Shown: in pieces, positions 37,801 to 44,918 of the stretch | How positions within the stretch are numbered: the stretch's first letter is position 1 | Layout of the letters: every line of letters starts with the position of its first letter | Assembly (NCBI GenBank): GCA_963934255.1 | Contig: CAWVXU010000004.1 | Coordinates: forward strand, 1,641 to 65,640 | DNA: 64,000 nucleotides | Direction of reading: 5' to 3' | DNA from: an uncultured Fibrobacterales bacterium | GTDB lineage: Bacteria > Fibrobacterota > Fibrobacteria > Fibrobacterales > CAWVXU01 | Notes under the pieces: model-generated | Told to the model about the DNA's origin: nothing | Seen by the model: only the letters and a program-made list of their open reading frames with translations | The model's database searches: none | Translations under genes and position numbers: made by a program

Positions 37801-40248
37801 AAGTTGACGGTGTTAACAGGTGTCTCTGGCTCTGGTAAATCATCTCTTGCATTTCATACACTTTTTGCGGAAGGGCAACGACGCTTTGTTGAGAGTATGA
37901 GTACCTATGCGAGAAGATTTTTGGGTCAGATGGATCGTGGTGGAGTTGAAGCAATCCAAGGTCTAGCGCCATCTATTGCAATTGATCAGTCGAGCACCAA
38001 CAGAAGCCCTAGATCCACTGTGGCTACAATCACCGAGCTCTATGATTATTTCAGATTGTTATTTTCTCGAATAGGGAGGCCTCACTCCCCAGCTTCTGGT
38101 GGATTAATGGTACGATATAGCCATTTGGATCTATACAAAAAAGTGTTAAGAGAAAATGAAGGTGAAAACTTATTTATCATGGCTCCCGTTTTGCATCCTA
38201 GGATTAATCTAAACCTTATTGCAAAAGACCCTGCGAATTTAAAAGCACTTGTATCAAGGTTTTTGGAGTTAGGTTACAGACGCTTATGGGATGGTAGTCG
38301 TTGGATAATTTTAGATGAGGACACGAAACTTCCTAGTTTACAACAAGCTTGGCTTTTGATTGATAGAGTTAAAGTGGGTTCTAAAAATCGGGCGAGAATC
38401 ATTGAATCGTTTGAACAAGCTGAAGAGTATGGACATGGTCTGATTGCCTGTTCCGCTGGGAACCCAGAAGATGGCTTACCTATCAGTATTTACTCAAATT
38501 TTTATGGAAATAATGACGACCTATACTTCTTTGATGGTGAACTAGAGCCGAAACATTTCTCTTTTAATTCGCATTGGGGGGCATGTATCGTCTGCACTGG
38601 CCTTGGTTTTGTGGGGTCGAAAGTTTGTCCGTCTTGTGACGGTGATAGACTCAAGCCGGAATATAGTGCTGTTCTTGTGGGTGGCATTAATGTGACTGAA
38701 TTATCAAGAATGAGTATTGCCACTCTATTACAATTCTTTAAAGATTTAGAACTGTCTAAAACCGAAAACCTAATCGTTAAACAACTCTTGAAAGAGGTGA
38801 TGGGGCGTTTAGAATTTCTAGTAAAAGTGGGCCTTGATTATATCCAACTTGATCGCAGAGGTGATACTTTATCAGGAGGGGAGGCACAACGAATTCGTTT
38901 GGCATCTCAAATTGGCTCCGGTCTAGAAGGAGTACTTTATGTGCTAGATGAACCTACAGTGGGATTACACCAAAAAGACACAGACTTACTTCTACAGACT
39001 TTATTTCAATTGAGAAATCTGGGCAATACTGTCGTCGTGGTAGAACATGACTTAGAATTCATACGTCACTCTGATCACTTGATAGAGCTTGGACCAGGAG
39101 CCGGTGACCTTGGGGGTGAACTCATCGCCGAGGGTACACCTAAACAATTAGCAAGGAAAAAGAAGTCTCTTACTGGACAATACTTATCGGGTAAGAAACA
39201 ACTCGGCCTGGGCTATGGAGCAGAAGTAGAACAAATTGAAATGGTTGACTCATGGGTCACTTGGAATCAAATAAACTTTAGAAGTCTGAAAAATTTTGAC
39301 TTAAAAATACCACAAGGAGCCTTGACTGTGGTTACTGGTGTTTCAGGCTCAGGTAAGTCAACTTTGATAGAAGAGTGCTTATACCCACTTGCTTATGCCA
39401 AAATTAATAGAAAAAGAAAACCAAATAAAGAGTTTGGTGATATATCTTGGGATAGTGAATTTAAACAGGTTCAGTTAATTGATCAAAGCCCTATTGGTAA
39501 ATCACCAAGGTCAACTCCTATTACTTATACCAAAACATTTGATTTAGTTCGAGATTTATATGCTTCTTTAAATGAATCAAAAATAAAGGGCTATAACAAA
39601 GGTCGTTTCTCTTTTAATAAGGCGGAGGGACGATGTGCTGAGTGTGAAGGCAAGGGGTCTCACTATATCGAGATGCATTTTTTATCTGATGTTTGGGAGC
39701 TATGTGAATCATGCCAAGGGCAAAGGTATAATCAGGATACTTTAGCGATTAAATTTAAAGGTAAAAGTATTGCTGATGTCATGAGTATGAGGATTAACGA
39801 AGCAGTAGAGTTTTTTGAATCTCAACCCAAGATTGTTAAAACGCTTAAAACCTTCAAAGAAATTGGCCTCGGCTATCTCAAATTAGGTCAACCCGCAAAT
39901 ACTTTGTCTGGAGGTGAAGCTCAACGTTTGAAGCTTGCTGCAGAACTTGCTAAAGCAGGGCGGAGTCAAGGGCTGTTTTTGTTAGATGAGCCTACTACGG
40001 GGCTTCATATGGATGATATACAGAGGCTCTGGGCTTTACTTCGAAGATTAGTGAGTCAAGGTCACACCGTGGTTCTTATCGAACATCACCCAGAAGTCAT
40101 CGCTAAATCAGATTGGGTCATTGACCTTGGTCCTGTTGGTGGTGATTTGGGCGGAGAGCTATTGTTTTCAGGTTGGTCCAAAGATTTGTTGAAATTGAAA
40201 AAGAATGAGACCACTCAGGCTGTTTTAAAAGCAATGACGCATATGTAA
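34822..40248 (+). CDS. uvrA: Tandem-duplicated excinuclease ABC subunit A (UvrA-UvrA fusion, 1808 aa)
   Basis: One uninterrupted ORF. It has four Walker A motifs GVSGSGKS(S/T), with codons starting near nt 34915, 36736, 37819 and 39337. It has four ABC signatures LSGGE(S/A)QR and four Walker B motifs LDEP(S/T). Module A (938 aa) ends in the canonical GRYLKPLL. A Lys/Glu-rich linker follows at 37636-37728, then module B of about 839 aa. Confidence 0.9.
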   Translation: MSQKIVVRNAQEHNLKGIDIDIPRDSMVVVTGVSGSGKSSLAFDTLFQEGQRKYIESLSAYARQFIGTMKTPKVERIEGISPTISIDQKTVNRNPRSTVGTITEIWDHLRLLFARLGIPHCPSCGDLIQAQTVSQITDGLLVDYYDAKLIIMAPIVRERKGEYRKELSELQQAGFVRARIDGEMRELDEDIVLARYEKHSIDVVVDRLVIEDKTLPRIRESIEAALKQSVDLVSFMINDEYMLQGTSLSCSKCRVTIPEIEPRLFSFNDPQGQCSSCTGLGFIQDFEIELLIPDPSLSIEQGCIKAQMAEGHLMFSRYGMQEFKILAKEYGFQLNVPWNKMSKKAKHILMYGSEDELKFKLKRRGRRGLKIKDEHRRVRGFLEVLQRVWNQWHIPMMNKYMRRTDCDTCHGDKLNTAAMAVLFEGNNIQELSRLGVSDARKLFDQFPRNPREEKIGGELFSEIQSRLSYLDEVGLGYLTLDRAANTLSGGESQRIRLASQVGAGLQGVTYILDEPSIGLHPRDNEKLLEILQRLKNLGNTLIVVEHDEDTMLQADQVIDIGPGAGVEGGEILASGSLKSIVNNKKSITGAYLSGREKIEVPSIRRELSADSIKVIGACENNLKNIDVEFPLGGMVTLTGVSGSGKSTLMNQILKKSLAQTLHGAEDVPGAHQKIEGVGFIDKVIEIDQSAIGRTPRSNPATYTKIWDEIRNLFAQLTESQVRGYSKGRFSFNVNGGRCEECEGAGVNVIEMQLLENVQVPCESCNGKRFNPATLEIHFKGKTISDILGMSVSIALEFFKAHPKIYRGLKILEDIGLGYLELGQPSTTLSGGEAQRMKIASELKKPEKGHTLYLLDEPTTGLHFHDIKRLISCMNTLVDRQNSMIVIEHNLDVVKVSDWVIDMGPDGGDGGGEIVFCGRPEDLAKCKKSDTGRYLKPLLNPKRNPSEELFTSKSYLETQKRLKEKSKEKVDLDILIQGAKKHNLKNIDVRIPRHKLTVLTGVSGSGKSSLAFHTLFAEGQRRFVESMSTYARRFLGQMDRGGVEAIQGLAPSIAIDQSSTNRSPRSTVATITELYDYFRLLFSRIGRPHSPASGGLMVRYSHLDLYKKVLRENEGENLFIMAPVLHPRINLNLIAKDPANLKALVSRFLELGYRRLWDGSRWIILDEDTKLPSLQQAWLLIDRVKVGSKNRARIIESFEQAEEYGHGLIACSAGNPEDGLPISIYSNFYGNNDDLYFFDGELEPKHFSFNSHWGACIVCTGLGFVGSKVCPSCDGDRLKPEYSAVLVGGINVTELSRMSIATLLQFFKDLELSKTENLIVKQLLKEVMGRLEFLVKVGLDYIQLDRRGDTLSGGEAQRIRLASQIGSGLEGVLYVLDEPTVGLHQKDTDLLLQTLFQLRNLGNTVVVVEHDLEFIRHSDHLIELGPGAGDLGGELIAEGTPKQLARKKKSLTGQYLSGKKQLGLGYGAEVEQIEMVDSWVTWNQINFRSLKNFDLKIPQGALTVVTGVSGSGKSTLIEECLYPLAYAKINRKRKPNKEFGDISWDSEFKQVQLIDQSPIGKSPRSTPITYTKTFDLVRDLYASLNESKIKGYNKGRFSFNKAEGRCAECEGKGSHYIEMHFLSDVWELCESCQGQRYNQDTLAIKFKGKSIADVMSMRINEAVEFFESQPKIVKTLKTFKEIGLGYLKLGQPANTLSGGEAQRLKLAAELAKAGRSQGLFLLDEPTTGLHMDDIQRLWALLRRLVSQGHTVVLIEHHPEVIAKSDWVIDLGPVGGDLGGELLFSGWSKDLLKLKKNETTQAVLKAMTHM

Positions 40249-40266
40249 TTTAGACTAAGACAAGAA

Positions 40267-41391
40267 TTAGTAATTGTATTTGTGAGGAAGTTTTCGCTCT
40301 ACCATTTGTTCAACAACTACGTCGGGTTGATAAAGTTTGACTAAAGAATCTAGTTTTGATTTGGATAGTTTTTCCCAATAAAAGTGGGCCTCACCAAATT
40401 GGCGTGCGATAAATGGGATTAAGGCAACGGAATATGAATCTCTAAACATGAGTAAAGTAAGCTTTTTATTATGGCATTTGGTGTGAACCGTAGCAGTTTC
40501 TAGTTCGTGGTCCCTTTCTTCAGAGTATTGACAAAGACTATCTGGAAATTGAGGGCGGGGGTCTTTATCAATTTTATTTAAACTTTGTACCATTGTGACA
40601 AGATCACCATTGAGTTTATCTTGATTCTTGAATTCATTTTCTTTAACTAGATAAGGTTTTATGTCTTCAGGGAAAAATTTTGCAATTCTATTTAATAATT
40701 CATACTGAACAAGGTTGGCACCATGCATATTCCAATGAGTATCGTATTGATAGTATAGGCGATTACGTTCCTTGGCCGCAGTTAGCAGAGGGAGGACATT
40801 TATGTAATGTTCTTTTAGGATGGGCATTGCTGTTGAGTTTAATTGGTCATAGACATTCAACTTGGATTGCTTTTTAATATAAGAAGGAAGATTTTCTGGA
40901 TAGATGGTATGCTTGCTTGGTGTGATAAAGTAAAAGAAGGGGATAGCCTTTGCTTCTAATTCAACCTTCACTTGATTCATTGATTGAACAAATTGGTTTA
41001 ATTCATTTGTAGTGAAATTATTCTGATTAGTATAGTCACCAATCGGGTCACCAAAACGTTCGTAATTCGGTCTGATACTACCGAGATAAAACCAATCATC
41101 CTTCCCTAAAGTCACATCTTGTACAAAATATTTTTGAATAATCCTTGAATAGAGACTATTTAGTTCAATTCTAAAACCAAATTGATCAGAATAATAGTCA
41201 TCAAATTGCTTCGGCCATTGCTTAAAATCAGTGAGCGATATGGGTGGGGGGGGGAATTGTTTCAAACTACGTTTTTCACTAGGTGATTTTTTTAGATCAT
41301 CTTGACTTAGCCATTTGAAAATGGGAAAAAACAAGATACTGACAAACCCAAGAACTAAGAACCATTTCGATATATTTGATTTTTGACTCAT
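40267..41391 (-). CDS. AlgJ/AlgX-like (SGNH-like) polysaccharide O-acetyltransferase component
   Basis: N-terminal membrane anchor and the YQYDTHWNMHGA motif (DxHW of the AlgJ/AlgX family). I prefer the ATG at 41391, 1 nt after the stop of the upstream MBOAT gene. Confidence 0.7.
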   Translation of the reverse strand: MSQKSNISKWFLVLGFVSILFFPIFKWLSQDDLKKSPSEKRSLKQFPPPPISLTDFKQWPKQFDDYYSDQFGFRIELNSLYSRIIQKYFVQDVTLGKDDWFYLGSIRPNYERFGDPIGDYTNQNNFTTNELNQFVQSMNQVKVELEAKAIPFFYFITPSKHTIYPENLPSYIKKQSKLNVYDQLNSTAMPILKEHYINVLPLLTAAKERNRLYYQYDTHWNMHGANLVQYELLNRIAKFFPEDIKPYLVKENEFKNQDKLNGDLVTMVQSLNKIDKDPRPQFPDSLCQYSEERDHELETATVHTKCHNKKLTLLMFRDSYSVALIPFIARQFGEAHFYWEKLSKSKLDSLVKLYQPDVVVEQMVERKLPHKYNY

Positions 41392-41392
41392 A

Positions 41393-42820
41393 TTAAAACC
41401 TAAAATAAATAAATGGGTTATAAGTTGAAGATGCAATCTTCAATACGCAAAAGCAAAAAAGACAAAGCAAAAAGAACATTTTACTTAACTTGGCAAGCTC
41501 ATAATTGATACCTATTCTTTTAAAATTGTTTCTAATTAAATGTTTTAACAGATTAAAAGTAGGGAATGCAATAAATAATGAGATTGTTCCAATCAACATA
41601 AATTCTTTACTAAAGATGGAAAGAATTTGAAATTGATTCGTCCAAATATTGTTGAAGTTGAACATGTCAGAAAGGTATAAAATAGAACCATTGAGACTTT
41701 CTGATCGGAAAAAAACCCAGCCAATGAGTACTATTGTAATAGTATATGAATGTTGAATTACTCCAGGTAATTTGTTGAGTAACTTATACCCACCAGCGTG
41801 TTCAAGAGCTAAAAACGTACCATGAAAAAGCCCCCAAATTAAAAAGTTCCAACTCGCCCCATGCCAAAAACCTGTGACAACAAATACACAAAATAGATTG
41901 AAATAGATACGAGATGATCTCACTCGGCTTCCACCTAATGGTATGTATAAATAATCCCTAAACCAAGTCGAAAGTGATATATGCCAGCGTCGCCAAAACT
42001 CCCTAATAGATCTAGATATATAGGGGTAGTTGAAGTTTTCTAAAAAGTGGAAACCAAACATTTTACCTAGTCCAATAGCCATATCAGAATATCCTGAAAA
42101 ATCAAAATAAATTTGAAGTCCGTATGCGATAATTCCAATCCATGCAATTGGCAGAGTGCGTTCATCGGAAGAAAGTTGAAATATTAAGTCACTCAGTTCA
42201 CCCATTGGATTGGCAAGCCACATTTTTTTACTCAATCCAAAGATGAATCTTTCAATACCAAGGCTGAAATCACTGAGCTTGTGAGCTCTTGATTCAATTT
42301 GGTCAGTTACATCTGAAAAACGAACAATAGGGCCAGCAATGAGCTGAGGGAAGAGAGAGAGATATAATGCAAGGTGGAATATGTTTTTTTGAACTTTAGC
42401 ATCATTACGGTAAACATCTACTAAATACGAGATGGCTTGAAAAGTAAAGAAACTAATTCCGAGTGGTAGGTGAATATCTGGAGGAGTGAGTGATAGACCA
42501 TGGTCGGTCCCGATAAATTTATTCCAATTTTCAATGAGAAAGCTAAGATATTTAAAATGTAATAAGATGACTAGGTTTAAGCCAACACCCACTAAGAGTA
42601 CTTTTTTCTTTTGGTTAGAGTAATCTAGCCAAATCCCCACACTATAATTAACAGTAATTGAGGCTATCATGACTAATAAATAAGTAAATTCACCCCAAGC
42701 GTAGAATAATAAACTCATCCCTAATAAAATGAGATTTTTTACTGACTTGGGGCTCAAGAAATAGAACACCAAAGTCAATGGTAAAAAACCAAATAGGAAT
42801 GTTGGGGAGGTGAAAACCAT
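41393..42820 (-). CDS. MBOAT-family membrane O-acyltransferase (AlgI/DltB/PatA-like)
   Basis: 475 aa and polytopic. The MBOAT hallmark FWRRWHISLSTWFRDYLYIPLGG and FVVTGFWHG (catalytic His) are present. Confidence 0.9.
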   Translation of the reverse strand: MVFTSPTFLFGFLPLTLVFYFLSPKSVKNLILLGMSLLFYAWGEFTYLLVMIASITVNYSVGIWLDYSNQKKKVLLVGVGLNLVILLHFKYLSFLIENWNKFIGTDHGLSLTPPDIHLPLGISFFTFQAISYLVDVYRNDAKVQKNIFHLALYLSLFPQLIAGPIVRFSDVTDQIESRAHKLSDFSLGIERFIFGLSKKMWLANPMGELSDLIFQLSSDERTLPIAWIGIIAYGLQIYFDFSGYSDMAIGLGKMFGFHFLENFNYPYISRSIREFWRRWHISLSTWFRDYLYIPLGGSRVRSSRIYFNLFCVFVVTGFWHGASWNFLIWGLFHGTFLALEHAGGYKLLNKLPGVIQHSYTITIVLIGWVFFRSESLNGSILYLSDMFNFNNIWTNQFQILSIFSKEFMLIGTISLFIAFPTFNLLKHLIRNNFKRIGINYELAKLSKMFFLLCLFCFCVLKIASSTYNPFIYFRF

Positions 42821-42835
42821 CTTTGTGATTAATAC

Positions 42836-43318
42836 CTATGCTGATTTTAATTCTTTTAATTTGTCTAAAACTATTTGAGCATGGTTCTTCACTTTAACTG
42901 GAGACCAAACCTCAGCGATTTTACCATCAGGATCAATGAGCCAAGTTGTACGGACCACACCCATATATTTACGGCCCATAAATTTCTTTAACTGCCAAGC
43001 ACCATACTTTTCAATAATTGCGTGATCTTCATCAGCGAGTAGGTCTATGGATAGATCCTTCTTATCAATGAATTTACAATGCTTTTCAGTTGTATCTGGA
43101 CTGACACCGAGGATAGTGGCTCCTTCGGCTTCAAATTCAGATTTAAGTCCACTGAAGTCAATTGCTTCTGTAGTGCAGCCGGGTGTCAGATCTCTAGGGT
43201 AAAAATAAAAAACAACCCATCCATCTTGAAAATCCTTGAGAGAGACCTTTGTGTTGTCTTGTTTTAATAGGGTAAATGCAGGAGCTTTTTTACCGATTGC
43301 GATTACTTGTTCAGCCAT
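42836..43318 (-). CDS. bcp: Thioredoxin-dependent thiol peroxidase (Bcp/PrxQ)
   Basis: The peroxiredoxin active site is VFYFYPRDLTPGCTTEA. Length is 160 aa. Confidence 0.9.
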   Translation of the reverse strand: MAEQVIAIGKKAPAFTLLKQDNTKVSLKDFQDGWVVFYFYPRDLTPGCTTEAIDFSGLKSEFEAEGATILGVSPDTTEKHCKFIDKKDLSIDLLADEDHAIIEKYGAWQLKKFMGRKYMGVVRTTWLIDPDGKIAEVWSPVKVKNHAQIVLDKLKELKSA

Positions 43319-43320
43319 GT

Positions 43321-43719
43321 TTAGATCTCTTTTTTAATGTTGATTTCTGGTGATAATTCTTGAATTGAAATCTGTAAAAAGTCACGGTCATAAACATCTT
43401 TATCAACCACTTCTAAGTTCCAGGTGAGTATGTCTAAATCCATGGTTCTTGGCCCAAATTTGGGGCCAGATCGAAATCGACCACATCGATCTTCAATTTC
43501 AATGAGTTTGAATTTAAGCGCTATAGAATCTAATTCCGTAGCAATTAGTATTGCACCATTGACATAATGAGGTTGATCAATAATGCCGACTGGTGCGGTA
43601 TTTAGCCAAGAAGCAATTTGAATAACTTCAAATTCTTGGTGAAAAATTTCAAGCACCATATCAATATGCTTTTGCGGTTCAATATTTGTTCCTACACCTA
43701 TGATTATTTGATTTGTCAA
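43321..43719 (-). CDS. folK: 2-amino-4-hydroxy-6-hydroxymethyldihydropteridine pyrophosphokinase (short form)
   Basis: IIIGVGTNIEP and FGPRTMDLDIL match the HPPK motifs (GSN..., GPRTLDLDIL). It is adjacent to folB. Confidence 0.8.
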   Translation of the reverse strand: MTNQIIIGVGTNIEPQKHIDMVLEIFHQEFEVIQIASWLNTAPVGIIDQPHYVNGAILIATELDSIALKFKLIEIEDRCGRFRSGPKFGPRTMDLDILTWNLEVVDKDVYDRDFLQISIQELSPEINIKKEI

Positions 43720-43722
43720 AAT

Positions 43723-44088
43723 CTACGAGTTCCTACTTTTGAATTGTTCTTCAAGTGAAATCGAAACGGATTCGGAAAATCTTAATGCATGTGGTTTATC
43801 TACTTCTACTTTTGCCCAATAGATACCATCGTGGCTTGCAATTAAACTAATAATTTGCCGAGTGAGTGCTTCAAGTAAATTGAAGTCAGAGTCCTCAACG
43901 AAGGATATAATCTCTTTAGTAATTGATTTATAATCCACAGTATCTTCTGCGCGATCACTTACTTCGGCTTGAGATGATTCAATGTCCAGATGAACATTGA
44001 TAAGTATGTCTTGTTTTTTTTCACGTTCTTCTTTATTAAAACCAATAATGGCTCTCAGAGCGAGGTTTTTTATTTTTACAATTGCCAT
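43723..44088 (-). CDS. folB: Dihydroneopterin aldolase
   Basis: 121 aa. IKNLALRAIIGFNKEEREKKQDILINVHL and VDYKSITKEI fit the FolB family. Confidence 0.8.
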   Translation of the reverse strand: MAIVKIKNLALRAIIGFNKEEREKKQDILINVHLDIESSQAEVSDRAEDTVDYKSITKEIISFVEDSDFNLLEALTRQIISLIASHDGIYWAKVEVDKPHALRFSESVSISLEEQFKSRNS

Positions 44089-44102
44089 GTGCTTTTTATT
44101 CC

Positions 44103-44918
44103 TTAAAGGTGTTCGCCGCCGTCACAATATAAGATTTGCCCATGTACAAATGGTGATTTAATCAAATATTTTACGGCGCTTTTAATGTCTTGAATACCAC
44201 CATGCATTCGGCGCGGTACTAAGTGTTGTCTATCAATCAAATGTTGATTACCTATGCCTGGTGGAGGCAAAATAAGCCCAGGAGCAACAGCGTTGATTTT
44301 GATTTTATCTCCATGACCTAATGACATTTGTAAAAAATGATCATTGAGTGATTTTTTAGACAAATTATAAACATGTTTATCTTGTGAATTTTTTAAAATT
44401 CTTTGGTCTAGCATGTAGATTATTTCTGGTGTCACCTCGGATAGGGTTTTTGGCTCAGATACTGCTTCGGAGTTTTGTTCAATTTGAGACCGAGTTTCCC
44501 AATATTCTAAAAACATTTGATCTATCACAATTGGGGTATGAAGGTTGACTTGAAAAAGTTTCATTTGAAATTGATGAAATTCAAAGGGGCTGTTTAATGT
44601 GTTTGTTGTTTCAACACCTAAAGAGCCGCCCTCAAAAATACTAGCTGAATGAACGATTAAACTAGGAAATCTATTAGAAACTTTTAGTTCTTCCATCCCT
44701 GCTATAACATCGCCAATAAGACTCAAGTCACATTGCCACACAAATGAGTCACAGTTGGATTGTTTTAAAGTCTCGCTTAACGATTTAGCCTCTGTTATGG
44801 ACTGCTGACAATGTATAATAATAGAATAGCCTAATGTTGAAAGCTCTTCTGTAATTGCTTTGCCAAGACGTTTAGATGCACCGGTTACTAGAGCCCAAGG
44901 CTTTTGATTAGTTTTCAT
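44103..44918 (-). CDS. Short-chain dehydrogenase/reductase, FolM/PTR1-like pteridine reductase candidate
   Basis: The cofactor motif reads VTGASKRLG (TGX3RXG, the pteridine-reductase variant of TGX3GXG). The catalytic YNLSK (YxxxK) is present. It lies immediately downstream of alr and upstream of folB-folK on the same strand. Confidence 0.65.
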   Translation of the reverse strand: MKTNQKPWALVTGASKRLGKAITEELSTLGYSIIIHCQQSITEAKSLSETLKQSNCDSFVWQCDLSLIGDVIAGMEELKVSNRFPSLIVHSASIFEGGSLGVETTNTLNSPFEFHQFQMKLFQVNLHTPIVIDQMFLEYWETRSQIEQNSEAVSEPKTLSEVTPEIIYMLDQRILKNSQDKHVYNLSKKSLNDHFLQMSLGHGDKIKINAVAPGLILPPPGIGNQHLIDRQHLVPRRMHGGIQDIKSAVKYLIKSPFVHGQILYCDGGEHL

